Below are positions 15,439 through 25,269 of a stretch of 64,000 nucleotides of DNA, piece by piece. Position 1 is the first letter of the stretch; each line of letters begins with the position of its first letter. A model generated the notes under the pieces. The model was not told where the DNA came from. It ran no database searches and saw only the letters and a list, made by a program, of their open reading frames with translations. The stretch is from Actinomycetota bacterium (GTDB lineage Bacteria; Actinomycetota; Acidimicrobiia; Acidimicrobiales; SZUA-35). Location of the stretch: contig JBCCRO010000005.1 in assembly GCA_039201605.1 (NCBI GenBank), positions 128,489 to 192,488 on the forward strand. The letters are read 5' to 3'. The position numbers were made by a program, and so were the translations under genes.

Positions 15439-18400
15439 TCAGTGACTTTTGTCTCTGAGTTCGGCAAGATCGCGCTTCACCGTCCGCTCGCTGACACCAA
15501 GAACGTCGGCGATATCCACAGCCCGGGCTCGCGCATGCTGTTGTTCGGCCTCGGCCAGCAATCGCTGAATGCGATGCTGCCGCCGGGCCCCGTCCGCCGG
15601 AAGCTCCCAGTCATCGGGCTGGGAAAGCGTCCAAACAACGTCGACGAGGTCGGCGGGAAGGAGCGGTCGGCCCCTCGGCGCATCCACCGACGGCAGCCGT
15701 CGCTCCACCACCTCGATCAGCACTCGTTCCCGGGCTTCGGCCAGCTCCCGGTGCTCGGTCACGGCCCAGGCGCTCGCCATCATCGACTCCGGCAACTCGT
15801 CGAGCTCGCGCCGCAGGAGCTGATCGGCCCGGACCACCTGTTCCTGCGCCGCCGCATCCTGGCCGGCGGCCTGCAGAACCTGAGCCGCCCACCAGGCGAT
15901 GACGGGGGCCCGGTAGGTACCGACCCGGTTCAGGGGGATGGCCCGGTTGACCAGATTGAGAGCACCCTGCAGGTCGCCCATCGCATGCCGGATCCGTGCC
16001 TCCACCACGAGGACGGGCGCGGCCAGCGACGAGAGCGAACGTGACTCCTGGAGGCTCCGGGCCTGCCCAGCCTCCTCAAGCGCCGCCGGCATATTGCCCA
16101 GATCGAACTCGACGAGGGCGAGATTGATACGGATCTCCGCCATCGTCGTCGGGTCATCGACCGGCGACGATTGCTGGCGTGCCGCCGTGAGACGCCGCTT
16201 GGCCAGACGTCGTCGCCCGCGGCGCAGGTCGATGCCGGCCAGTGTGTTGAGACACATCGCCTCGTGGCGGAGGTCCTCGACGGACCGGAAGTACACCGCC
16301 GCCTCCTCGGCCTGCGCCGCCGCCGAGTCGTCGTCGCCCACCAGCAGGTGCAGGATCAGCGATCCGTTCATCTTGACGAAGGCCACGCCCCGACCGTTGC
16401 CGAGCGACTCGAACACGTCGGTCGCCCGATCCGCCAGCGTCAGCGCCTTCCCTCCTCGACCGAGACGGAAGTAGAAGAGGCTGAGGTTGACCAGGTTGCG
16501 GCCCTCGCCGTAGCGATAGCCGATCTCCATGGCCAGATTGAGGGCCTCGACGAACGACGCCTCCGCCTTGGCGTCGTTGTGGTCCTTCATGTAGACGGAG
16601 GCGAGATGGCCGAGCGCCTCCACCTGGCTGCGGGCGTCGTGTGCCTCCTTGGCTTGCAGGTAGGCCTGATCGAGCTGGCGGGTTGCCTCCTCGATGTTGT
16701 CCAGCTCCCCGTGCATGCTGCCGAGCATCACCCGGGCGAACACCGCCGAGTCGCCGCTGGCCTCCAGCACCTCGACGGCCTCCTCCAGCGGCGGTATGCC
16801 CTGGGCGAAATCGCCGGAGTAGCCCTGGGCCACACCGACGATGGTGAGCAGCTCACCGGGATTCACCCCGTCGTTGCGGGCGACGACGGCCATCCGTGCC
16901 GCCAGCTCTGCCGCTTCGGCCCCGCGATCGGTGTTGGCCAGAAGCCAGGCCCGACGCTGTGCCACCTCGGTACCGAGCGAGGCCGGAAGGTCGTGATGCT
17001 CGAGCCGGTCGAGCACCTTCTGCTGGTCGGCACGGCGGCCAAGCACGTCGAGCACCCACTCGTAGGCGAGGAGGTCGTCGATGCGATCTGCGTCGGGCAT
17101 GCCGGCGGCGAGGGCGGCCTCATCCGACATGTCGAAGTGTTCGGCCGCTGTCTGGAAGGCGTTGGCCCGCACCGCTGCCTGGGCGGCCGACAAGTGATAG
17201 CGGTGCGACTCCTGCCATCGTTCGGCCCGGTCGGCGTGATAGGCGAGCCGCTCGACACCGACAGCGGTCAACCCGTCGAGGGCGTCGATCACCGAACCAT
17301 GAAGCCGACGCCGATGCTCCTCCTCGACCTCGTCGTAGATCAGGAGCCGGGACTGCTCCTGGGCGAACTCACAGCCGGTCGAGGTCTCGACCAGGAAGCC
17401 GAGCGCCACCGCCCGGCTGAGCGCCCCCAGGACTTCGGCCGCCGACAGGCCGGTGATGCGGGTGAGCATCGAGGTGGACAGCGTGCCTCCGGCGACGGCC
17501 GCCGCCTCGAGCACCTCGCGTACGTCGTCGGAGGCGGCCCCGATCCGCTGGGCCAGGACGTCCTTCAGCCACGGGGCCACCGAGCCGGTGTTATCAGTGG
17601 TCGCCTCGGCGAAGAACTCCTCGTCGAGCACATCCGTCGTGGCTCGCAGCAGCTCCAGGACCACGTACGGGTTGCCGGCCGAGGAGGCGACGAGCATGGC
17701 CAGCGCCGGCTCCGAGAGCCGGCCGGGCCCCACCTCGGCCACCACCAGGTCTCGCACCTCATCGTCGCTCAGCGGACGCAACGACACCCGACTGGCTCCG
17801 GGCCTGGCCTCCATGTCGCCCAGGGTTCGCCACAGCGACGCCGACTCCTGCGCCTTGTGCCGCTGATAGGTGAGGCAGACGAGCAACCCGCTGTCGACCA
17901 GGCGATCTCCCAACTGGCCGAGCACCTGCACGGTCTCCTCATCACACCAGTGCACGTCCTCCAGCACCAGCAGGGCCGGGTGGGGCTGGGCCTGGGCCAG
18001 CAGGATTCGGGCCAGGGCCTCGGAGGTCCGCCACGGTTCCTCCGCCGGGCGCAGCGCGGCGTCGCTGTGGCCGCTGGCCATCGAGGCCAGCGGCGGAAGG
18101 AGTGTCGACGCCTGTTTGAGCCAGACCGGTGCCACCTGCGTGGCCAGCCGTTCGCCTCGTAGGCCCACGACCACCGGTTCCAGGGCCTGGAGGAGCCCAT
18201 CGAAGGGCGTGAGGGCGCTCGTCGGTGAGTGGGTGCCCACCATCACCCCGACGTCGCGCCACTCGGCGCCGGCGATTATCTCCTCCATGAGGCGCGACTT
18301 GCCGATGCCGGCCTCGCCCTCGATGAGCACCACCCCTCCCCCGCCATCGAGCAGGTCGTTGACCCGGCGCATGACGTGGGAGCGCTCGCGAACCCTGCCG

Positions 18401-19215
18401 GCCAGGGCGGGCCGGCGATCGTCCTCGTCGACGACGGGCGCAGCCGCCGCTCCGGCGGTGATGTCGTAGCGAATCCTCTCCACCAGGGCCGCCAGTTCAC
18501 GGCTCGGTTGGGCCCCGAGCTCCTCGGCCAGGGCGGCGGCGTACCGCTCGTACTGCTGCTCGGCCGCCGAGGGCTGGCCGTTCATGGCGTAGAGGCGGAT
18601 AAGGATCCGCTGCCATTCATCCGACAGCGGCCCCTCGGACACCAGGATGCGGGCGTAGCGGAGAGCGGCGTCGTAGTCGGCCGAGCGGGTGAGCGTGTGG
18701 ACGAGCTGCTCCACCGCCGCCAGGTATCGATCGTTGATCTGCTTGCGGGGAAGCTCGATCCAGTCGTCGTAGTACCCGGAGAGGAGATCACCCTTGTAGC
18801 CGTCGACCACGGCGATCTGGTCCTCGGCGGTCACGCTCCGAGTGTTGGCCTGGCGGCGACGCTGCAGCTCGTCCAGCCGCCGTACGAACACCTCGACGTC
18901 CACCTCGACCTCGATGGTGGGGTCGAAGCGAAGCGTGTTGCCGTTGGCCAGGATGACCCGCTCGACGCCCAGGGCATGAGCCACCGTCTTGCGGATCTTC
19001 CACAGTGCGTTGCTCAGCCGCTTGCGAGCCTTGTGATCGGGCTGATCCGACCAGAACCGGCCCGCCAGGAGGTCGCGGGTGTGGGCGGTGTCTCGATGGA
19101 AGACCAGGTAGGCGAAGAGCGACGTGGCGTCGCGGGCACCCAACGACGGCAGAGGCTCATCCTCCACCTCGAGCCCGAAGCCGCCGAGCAGTTGCACCTG
19201 TAGTACGGGTGCCAT
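15439..19215 (-). CDS. large SARP/AfsR-type STAND regulator: winged-helix + BTAD + AAA/NB-ARC ATPase + TPR array + C-terminal HTH
   Basis: The N-terminus LQVQLLGGFGLEV...LFAYLVFH...RKRLSNALWKIRK (OmpR/SARP wHTH) is followed by BTAD (DYDAALRYARILVSEGPLSDEWQRILIRLYAMNGQPSAAEQQYERY). Walker A VVLIEGEAGIGKSRL and Walker B LLVLEDVHWCDE follow. TPR-like repeats come next (GHLASVYMKDHNDAKAEASFVEALNLAMEIGYRYGEGRNLVNLSLFYFRLG...). The last ~45 aa, RAVDIADVLGVSERTVKRDLAELRDK, form a DeoR/HTH_11-like helix-turn-helix. Confidence 0.9.
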   Translation of the reverse strand: MAPVLQVQLLGGFGLEVEDEPLPSLGARDATSLFAYLVFHRDTAHTRDLLAGRFWSDQPDHKARKRLSNALWKIRKTVAHALGVERVILANGNTLRFDPTIEVEVDVEVFVRRLDELQRRRQANTRSVTAEDQIAVVDGYKGDLLSGYYDDWIELPRKQINDRYLAAVEQLVHTLTRSADYDAALRYARILVSEGPLSDEWQRILIRLYAMNGQPSAAEQQYERYAAALAEELGAQPSRELAALVERIRYDITAGAAAAPVVDEDDRRPALAGRVRERSHVMRRVNDLLDGGGGVVLIEGEAGIGKSRLMEEIIAGAEWRDVGVMVGTHSPTSALTPFDGLLQALEPVVVGLRGERLATQVAPVWLKQASTLLPPLASMASGHSDAALRPAEEPWRTSEALARILLAQAQPHPALLVLEDVHWCDEETVQVLGQLGDRLVDSGLLVCLTYQRHKAQESASLWRTLGDMEARPGASRVSLRPLSDDEVRDLVVAEVGPGRLSEPALAMLVASSAGNPYVVLELLRATTDVLDEEFFAEATTDNTGSVAPWLKDVLAQRIGAASDDVREVLEAAAVAGGTLSTSMLTRITGLSAAEVLGALSRAVALGFLVETSTGCEFAQEQSRLLIYDEVEEEHRRRLHGSVIDALDGLTAVGVERLAYHADRAERWQESHRYHLSAAQAAVRANAFQTAAEHFDMSDEAALAAGMPDADRIDDLLAYEWVLDVLGRRADQQKVLDRLEHHDLPASLGTEVAQRRAWLLANTDRGAEAAELAARMAVVARNDGVNPGELLTIVGVAQGYSGDFAQGIPPLEEAVEVLEASGDSAVFARVMLGSMHGELDNIEEATRQLDQAYLQAKEAHDARSQVEALGHLASVYMKDHNDAKAEASFVEALNLAMEIGYRYGEGRNLVNLSLFYFRLGRGGKALTLADRATDVFESLGNGRGVAFVKMNGSLILHLLVGDDDSAAAQAEEAAVYFRSVEDLRHEAMCLNTLAGIDLRRGRRRLAKRRLTAARQQSSPVDDPTTMAEIRINLALVEFDLGNMPAALEEAGQARSLQESRSLSSLAAPVLVVEARIRHAMGDLQGALNLVNRAIPLNRVGTYRAPVIAWWAAQVLQAAGQDAAAQEQVVRADQLLRRELDELPESMMASAWAVTEHRELAEARERVLIEVVERRLPSVDAPRGRPLLPADLVDVVWTLSQPDDWELPADGARRQHRIQRLLAEAEQQHARARAVDIADVLGVSERTVKRDLAELRDKSH

Positions 19216-19252
19216 GTTGTGACCGCTCCCCTCCGCCGGGCGGCCCCGGCGC

Positions 19253-19906
19253 TCAGCTCACGGGCGTTGCGTCATAGGCAACCTGGCAGAAACCGTGATT
19301 GCAATAACCGCCAGGGTTCTTCGCCAAGTATTGCTGGTGATAGTCCTCAGCGTAGAAGAACGAGCCTGCAGGCGCGATTTCCGTGGTGATCTCCCCATAG
19401 CCGCCATCGGTCAAGGTGGCCTGGTAGGCGTCCCTGCTGGCGGTGGCCGCCGCCAGCTGCTCATCGGAATTGGTGTAGATGGCCGAGCGGTACTGGGTGC
19501 CGATGTCGTTGCCCTGACCCATGTACTGGGTGGGGTCGTGGTTCTCCCAGAAGATCTTGAACAACTGGTCGAGGCTGACCTTGGCCGGGTCGAACACGAC
19601 GAGAACGGCCTCGGTGTGCCCGGTCATCCCGGTGCAGGTCTCCTGGTAGGTGGGGTTGGGCGTGGTGCCCCCGGCATAGCCTGCGGCCGTGGTGTAGACG
19701 CCCTCCAGTTGCCAGTAGAAGCGCTCGGCGCCCCAGAAGCACCCCATGCCCACGACGAGGGTGTCGAGGCCGTCGGGGAAGGGGCCGACCAGCGGGTTGC
19801 CGTTCACGTAGTGGGCGGTGGGGACGGGAATGGGGGTGTCACGGCCGGGGAGGGTGTCCTCCGGGGCGGGAACCACGAGATCCTTCGAACTGCGTCTTCC
19901 GAACAT
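19253..19906 (-). CDS. msrA: peptide-methionine (S)-S-oxide reductase
   Basis: [59 protein letters not shown]. The N-terminus from the ATG at 19906 aligns with the enterobacterial MsrA N-terminus (ALPGR.TP.PV); the track start at 19963 is an upstream GTG. Confidence 0.9.
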   Translation of the reverse strand: MFGRRSSKDLVVPAPEDTLPGRDTPIPVPTAHYVNGNPLVGPFPDGLDTLVVGMGCFWGAERFYWQLEGVYTTAAGYAGGTTPNPTYQETCTGMTGHTEAVLVVFDPAKVSLDQLFKIFWENHDPTQYMGQGNDIGTQYRSAIYTNSDEQLAAATASRDAYQATLTDGGYGEITTEIAPAGSFFYAEDYHQQYLAKNPGGYCNHGFCQVAYDATPVS

Positions 19907-20047
19907 GCCCTCAAGTCTAGGAGCGGGCACGACCCCGGTAGCCAGTCGCCCCTGCGTGTTCACCAGGTGGCAAGACCAGGCGGGCCCACCGGATGCGGGT
20001 CGTCGATCCCTCGACCGACCCGCCGTCGCGGTGCGAACCGGTCGGCG

Positions 20048-23029
20048 TCAGCCGTCGGCGATGGTGGCCGTCTCCCCGGAGAGGAGTCGATTGACCTCCT
20101 CGATGGCGATCCGGGCCCGAGCCCGATTGGCGGCGGCGCTCTCGATGTCGCCGATGGCCTCGTCCAGATCGGCGACCCGGAGGAAGTCCTCGGCGTCGGC
20201 GATCAGCTGCACCACCGACTTGCCCGACGGGTCGTAGTCGTCGACGTCCGGGGCGGTGCCGGTGGCCGGATCGGCGTCGGTGTTCGGATCGGTGTCGGTC
20301 GAGGCCTGATCGTCGTCGGGATCGGGGTCGACCTCGTCGGTGGGCTCGACCTCGTCGGCATCCGGGTCGGAGTCGGTGTCGGTGGCGATGCCCTCGCCCA
20401 CGATGGCCGCCAGCGCCTCGTCGAGGCTGGAGCCCATGGCGATCTGATCGCCGTTGACGGCGATCACCCGGCTCAGCTCGGGCACGGCGGTGGCGGACGG
20501 CGCTTCGACGTACACCGGTCTCACATACACGATCGTGTCGTTGACGAGGAGCAGCGTCATATCGCCGAAGAGCACCACCGAACCGATCTGGTCACGAACG
20601 AAGTCGGTCAGCTGACCGTTCTTGCGGATCTCGGCGTGGACGAAGTCCGGCGCCTCGACCACGCCGCTCTCGATCGTGTACAGCACGAGCTCGCCGTAGT
20701 TGTCGGGATCGGACCGGGCCATCATCACGCCGGTCAGCTCGGGCCGAGCGGTGGTGGAGCCGGCCTGACCCGACAGCGGCACGAACACCCGCTGGAGGAC
20801 GAACTCGGTCTCGGTCTCGCCCGGCAACCGGGTGACGAGGTACTGCGGCACCATCGACGAGCTGGAGGTGGTGTCGCCCTCGCCCACCTGGGCCTCCCGG
20901 CGGGGCTGAGCCGCCACCGACCAGGCCAGGTCGCCCTGGATCAACGCCGTCGGGTTGTCGATCACGTAGCGCGACCACATGTCGGTCTGGACCTCGAAGA
21001 TGTCCTCCGGGTACTTGAGGTTGTCGCGCAGGTCGTCGGGCATGTCGGCGATGTCGACGAACAGGTCGGGGAAAGCGCCCTCCCAGGCCTGCAGGATCGG
21101 GTCGTCCTCGTCGATCACGTACATGTCGACATCGCCGTTGTAGGCGTCGACCACGACCTTCACCGAGTTGCGGACGTAGTTGTACTGCGACCCGGCGGTG
21201 TTGCCCGAGAGGTCGGAGTTGAGCAGGTCGGTGTCGACGGTCTGCGAGTACGGGAAGTGGTTGGTGGTCGTGTACCCGTCGATCACCCAGAACAGCTGGT
21301 CGCCGGCCATGACCGGGTACGGGTCGGAGTCGTAGCGGAGGAACGGGGCGATCTCCCGCACCCGCTGCTCGATGTCGCGGTTGTAGATCGCCTTCGACTC
21401 GCTGGTGACCGACGCCGCGATCAGGGGGTCCAGCTGGCGGAAACGGAGGGCGAAGGCGGTGCGACGGACGAACGAACCCATGTCGACGCCACCCGATCCG
21501 TCGTAGCGGAACGTGCGCGACTCGTTGTCGCTCTGGAAGTCCACCTCGTCCCGGGCGGCGTTGACGATGGCGTAGCCGTCGAAGTCCTCGCCGAAGTAGA
21601 TCCGGGGCTGGCCCAGGGTCTCGGTCAGGCCCTCGGTGATGTCGACGTCACCCAGGTCGCTCACCAGGAAGCTGGGGCGGCCGCTCTGGTCGACCTCCCA
21701 TCCGGCGGCCACCGCCGCGCCGTAACCGTGGGTGAACAGGATGTGCTGCGACTCCCAGCCGTCGCCGACCTCGTTGACGGCCAGGTTGAGGCCACGCATC
21801 GACATGACCACGGGCCGGAGCTCACCGTCGATCTCGTAGCGGTCGACGTCGAGCGGGTCGCTGAACTCGTAGAAGGCGCGCTCGGCCTGGCTTCGGGTGA
21901 AGGAGTCGACGGCGAGGGCGGGGTCGACGAGGGGCACGTTGTCGAGCACGTTGGAGTAGTCGGCGACCTCGTCGGCCGTGATGCCGTCGGTGTAGCTGAA
22001 CTCCTCGACCCGCAGGTTGTCGGCGTCGAGGCCGTAGGCGAAGCGGGTGGCGGCGATGTTCTCGGCGACGAAGTCCTCTTCCCGGGTGGAGAGCTGGGGC
22101 TCGATCCGCAGGCGCTGGTAGAGGGCGGGGAAGATGCTGCCGACGAAGAGGTGGCTGACGCCCCACAGGGCGATGGCCACCACCGGGAGGCCCCAACCGG
22201 GACGGCGGACGTTGGCCAGGAACAGCGCAGCGCCGAACAGCGAGATCAGGGCCAGCAGCTGGTAGGCCGGGAGCTGCACGTTGACGTCGGTGGCGAGAGC
22301 CCCGTCGAACACGCTCCGCTTGGAGTTGAGCAGGCTGTAGCGATCGAGCCAGTAGGCGGCGGCCCGCACCATGGCGAGCACGGCGAGGATCACCGAGAGA
22401 TGCAGCTTGACGCTGCCGCTGACTCGATCGGTGGGGGCCGAGGCCCGAATGCCGCCGTTGAGGTAGTGGGCCACCGCCACCACGATCAGGGTCAGGATGA
22501 GGGCGGCGAAGAGCCAGTCGACGATGAAGCTCAGGAACGGCAGGGTGAAGACGTAGAACCCGGCGTCCTGGTTGAACACCGGATCCTCCCAGCCGAAGTC
22601 CTGGCGGTTGAGGAACAGCAGCCAGTCGTCCCACCGGGAGGCGGTGTTGCCACCGGCGATCAGGGCGAACACCGCGGCCACGCCCGCTCGGAGCTGACCG
22701 GCTCGTCGACCGACGAGCTGGTGGTACCGCTCGATCAGGTCCTCCTCGGGGGAGGTGGCGCGGAAGGGCGGCGCCAGACGGTCGGCGATGATCAGGTTCA
22801 CCCACAGGATCACGAAGAAGACGAGGGTAAAGATGAGGCCCAGCATGATCTGGGTGCTGAGGACCGTGGTCCAGACGGAGCCGAAGCCGAGGTTCGAGAA
22901 CCACAGCCAGTCGGTGTAGGCGTTGGCCAGACCACTGGCCGAGAGCAGCAGCACAACCAACACACCGACGGCGATGGCAATCGGCGTGCGGAAGCGGCCG
23001 CCGCGAACATTGTCACGTACCGATTTCAT
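20048..23029 (-). CDS. UPF0182 family large integral membrane protein
   Basis: 993 aa. N-terminal multi-TM region with YTDWLWFSNLGFGSVW, long extracytoplasmic domain, acidic Asp/Pro-rich tail. Characteristic of actinobacterial UPF0182 proteins. Confidence 0.9.
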   Translation of the reverse strand: MKSVRDNVRGGRFRTPIAIAVGVLVVLLLSASGLANAYTDWLWFSNLGFGSVWTTVLSTQIMLGLIFTLVFFVILWVNLIIADRLAPPFRATSPEEDLIERYHQLVGRRAGQLRAGVAAVFALIAGGNTASRWDDWLLFLNRQDFGWEDPVFNQDAGFYVFTLPFLSFIVDWLFAALILTLIVVAVAHYLNGGIRASAPTDRVSGSVKLHLSVILAVLAMVRAAAYWLDRYSLLNSKRSVFDGALATDVNVQLPAYQLLALISLFGAALFLANVRRPGWGLPVVAIALWGVSHLFVGSIFPALYQRLRIEPQLSTREEDFVAENIAATRFAYGLDADNLRVEEFSYTDGITADEVADYSNVLDNVPLVDPALAVDSFTRSQAERAFYEFSDPLDVDRYEIDGELRPVVMSMRGLNLAVNEVGDGWESQHILFTHGYGAAVAAGWEVDQSGRPSFLVSDLGDVDITEGLTETLGQPRIYFGEDFDGYAIVNAARDEVDFQSDNESRTFRYDGSGGVDMGSFVRRTAFALRFRQLDPLIAASVTSESKAIYNRDIEQRVREIAPFLRYDSDPYPVMAGDQLFWVIDGYTTTNHFPYSQTVDTDLLNSDLSGNTAGSQYNYVRNSVKVVVDAYNGDVDMYVIDEDDPILQAWEGAFPDLFVDIADMPDDLRDNLKYPEDIFEVQTDMWSRYVIDNPTALIQGDLAWSVAAQPRREAQVGEGDTTSSSSMVPQYLVTRLPGETETEFVLQRVFVPLSGQAGSTTARPELTGVMMARSDPDNYGELVLYTIESGVVEAPDFVHAEIRKNGQLTDFVRDQIGSVVLFGDMTLLLVNDTIVYVRPVYVEAPSATAVPELSRVIAVNGDQIAMGSSLDEALAAIVGEGIATDTDSDPDADEVEPTDEVDPDPDDDQASTDTDPNTDADPATGTAPDVDDYDPSGKSVVQLIADAEDFLRVADLDEAIGDIESAAANRARARIAIEEVNRLLSGETATIADG

Positions 23030-23107
23030 GTACCGATGAGGCTACCGCCAAGGACCCCTACTGGTGGGACCGCGCGAGCCAGGCCCCCCAGGTGAACACC
23101 CGACCAC

Positions 23108-25192
23108 TCAGCGAGCAGGCACGGCCAGGCAACGACAGCCCGGCATCGACAAGGGACGCGCATGACCGCTGGGGAACAACGTGCCCTTGGCCAGGGAGGC
23201 CGAGGCGCTGTTCTCCTCGCAGATCGGATCGAGGTCGAGTCGGGGGTCGGCCAGCCAGACGACGAACTCGTCCTCGGCGATGGCGCCGTAGAGCCCGAGG
23301 GCGAAGGCCTCGTGCATCGCATCCTCGATCAGGTCGGGGAGCACGCTGTTGCGGAAATCCCGGTAGGTGGCCCGCACCGGATCGAGGATGGCCTCCCGGT
23401 CGTCGTCGACGAGAGCCTCGATCGCCTCGACCGTCGGTGCCCGCAGGCACTCGACGATGTGTCGCCCGAGCTGGAGGCACAGGTTCTCCACGCCGGCGGT
23501 CGACACCTCGGTGCTGTTGAGCAGCTCGGCCCCGGAGCGCACCACGTCGAACAAAGCGGGACGCAGGGCTTCGAGGTAGCGGTCGAGCTGTTCGACCGCC
23601 TTCGGCAGCTGATCGACGTGGACGGCGCCGCGTCCGGCCCGGAGCCGGTCGAGCACGTGGCTCTGGTCGTCGTTGACCGCCCGCTTGAGCTTGCGCCTGA
23701 AGCCGGGCAGGGCCTGGCCCAGGGCGGCGTCGCGCCCCTCGAAGGCGGCGGGCAGGGTACCGGCGAAGGGGGTGGAACGGGGCAGGTCGCCCCGGGTCGC
23801 CGCCCGGTGCATCGTGCCCGCCGTGGCCCCGAGGACCGGCATGTCGCTGAGATCGAGGGTGAGGTCGTCGTCGATCAGGTCGATGACCTCGGACCCGGTC
23901 TCCTCCTCGTAGTCGACCTCGGTGTCGACGCCGGTGGCCAAGGCCACGGCACCCCCGGTCGACTCCAGCGGGTCGGCGCCGTTGGCGGTGGTGCCGCCAT
24001 CGCCGTTGGACCCGGGGCCGAGTTTGAGGGCCATGAGGCCGTCGTCGTCGGCCGTGGCGTCGATACCGCCGTTGCCACTCGGACCGTCGACGCTCAGGTA
24101 CTCGACCTGGAGCTGCTCGGCGTCCTCATCGCCGGCGGGGAGCTCGACCAGCGCGCCGCCGCCCGGCTCGTCGTCGATCTCGTCGCCGTCGTCGACGCCG
24201 GTGGCGCTGCCTCGGGCGGCGGCGATCTGGGCGATCAGGCGCTGCACCTCTTCGCCGTCGCCGTCGTCGGGGCGACTCTCGTCGTCCATGTCGTCGAGTT
24301 CGAGGATCGAGGCCTCGGTGTCGGCCAGATCGCCGGCCACCGTGTCGAGCTCGCTCCGAGCCATGGTCAACGAGTGACCCAGCCGGTCGCGGGCCTTGGT
24401 CATACGGCCCAGCTGCTCCCGGTAGAGCCGGCGGCGGCGCACCAGATCGCCCAACACCTCCTCGCGGAGGGCCTCGGCGTCGGCCACGACCAGCTCGGCC
24501 CGACCCCGGGCGCCGGCGATCTCCTCGTCGACCTTCGAGGTGGCCTCGGCCAGGATCTCCTCGGCCTGGGCCTTGGCCAGCTCCCTCGTCCGCTTGGCCT
24601 CGGCCTTGCTCCGGGTCTGCGAGCGCTTGGCGTCGGCCGATGCGGAGGCCCGGATCTCCTCGGCCTCCATCCGGGCGGCGGCGAGGCCGTCCTCGGCCTC
24701 GAGCCGGGCGCCGGTCAGGGTGTCCTCGGCCTCGTCGAGCATGCCCTTGATGTCGAGCTCGCTCTGCTCCTTGACCGCCTCCGCCTCCGCTTCGGAGCGG
24801 TGCACGATGTCGGCGGCGGCGGAACGGGCCTGCTCGAGGATGCGGGCCGTCTCGTGACCGAGCAACTCGATCATCTCGGCCTCGTCGAGATCGCGGGTGG
24901 CGAGCGCCATCGGGCCCTGATCGACCGGGTTGGACCGGAGGAGATCCTCCAGTTCGTCGATGCGGGCCCGCAGCTCGGACGCCTCGATCTCCAGCTCTGC
25001 TTCTCGGTTGGCGGCCTCCTGGGACTGTTCGACAGGGCCGAGCAGACCGAGCTGCTGGGCCCGGCTGATGGCGGTGGCCAGACGAGACAGGTAGCGCCGT
25101 ACGGCGTCCTGGTCGTAGCCCCTGAAGGCGGTGGGGAATGCTGCCCGAGCGATCTCCTTGGGATCGAATTCGGCTCGGGCGTCAGATGCCAT
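23108..25192 (-). CDS. DivIVA-domain protein with long coiled coil and uncharacterised C-terminal domain
   Basis: N-terminal DivIVA motif (FPTAFRGYDQDAVRRYLSRL) and extended Glu/Ala/Arg-rich coiled coil. ATG at 25192; the track start at 25198 is a TTG. Confidence 0.8.
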   Translation of the reverse strand: MASDARAEFDPKEIARAAFPTAFRGYDQDAVRRYLSRLATAISRAQQLGLLGPVEQSQEAANREAELEIEASELRARIDELEDLLRSNPVDQGPMALATRDLDEAEMIELLGHETARILEQARSAAADIVHRSEAEAEAVKEQSELDIKGMLDEAEDTLTGARLEAEDGLAAARMEAEEIRASASADAKRSQTRSKAEAKRTRELAKAQAEEILAEATSKVDEEIAGARGRAELVVADAEALREEVLGDLVRRRRLYREQLGRMTKARDRLGHSLTMARSELDTVAGDLADTEASILELDDMDDESRPDDGDGEEVQRLIAQIAAARGSATGVDDGDEIDDEPGGGALVELPAGDEDAEQLQVEYLSVDGPSGNGGIDATADDDGLMALKLGPGSNGDGGTTANGADPLESTGGAVALATGVDTEVDYEEETGSEVIDLIDDDLTLDLSDMPVLGATAGTMHRAATRGDLPRSTPFAGTLPAAFEGRDAALGQALPGFRRKLKRAVNDDQSHVLDRLRAGRGAVHVDQLPKAVEQLDRYLEALRPALFDVVRSGAELLNSTEVSTAGVENLCLQLGRHIVECLRAPTVEAIEALVDDDREAILDPVRATYRDFRNSVLPDLIEDAMHEAFALGLYGAIAEDEFVVWLADPRLDLDPICEENSASASLAKGTLFPSGHARPLSMPGCRCLAVPAR

Positions 25193-25269
25193 GCTCAAAT
25201 GCTACGGCTCCTTCGGACGGGAGTGTTGCACCCCGATCGACCACAAGGATCGACACGGAGCGGGTCGCT

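Noticed and set aside
19295-23095. 1266-aa plus-strand ORF spanning the msrA and UPF0182 genes
   Set aside because: It is antisense to two genes with clear family signatures. Its translation is Gly/Arg/Val/Asp-rich low-complexity sequence with no motifs. This is typical of a shadow ORF in high-GC DNA where stop codons are rare.
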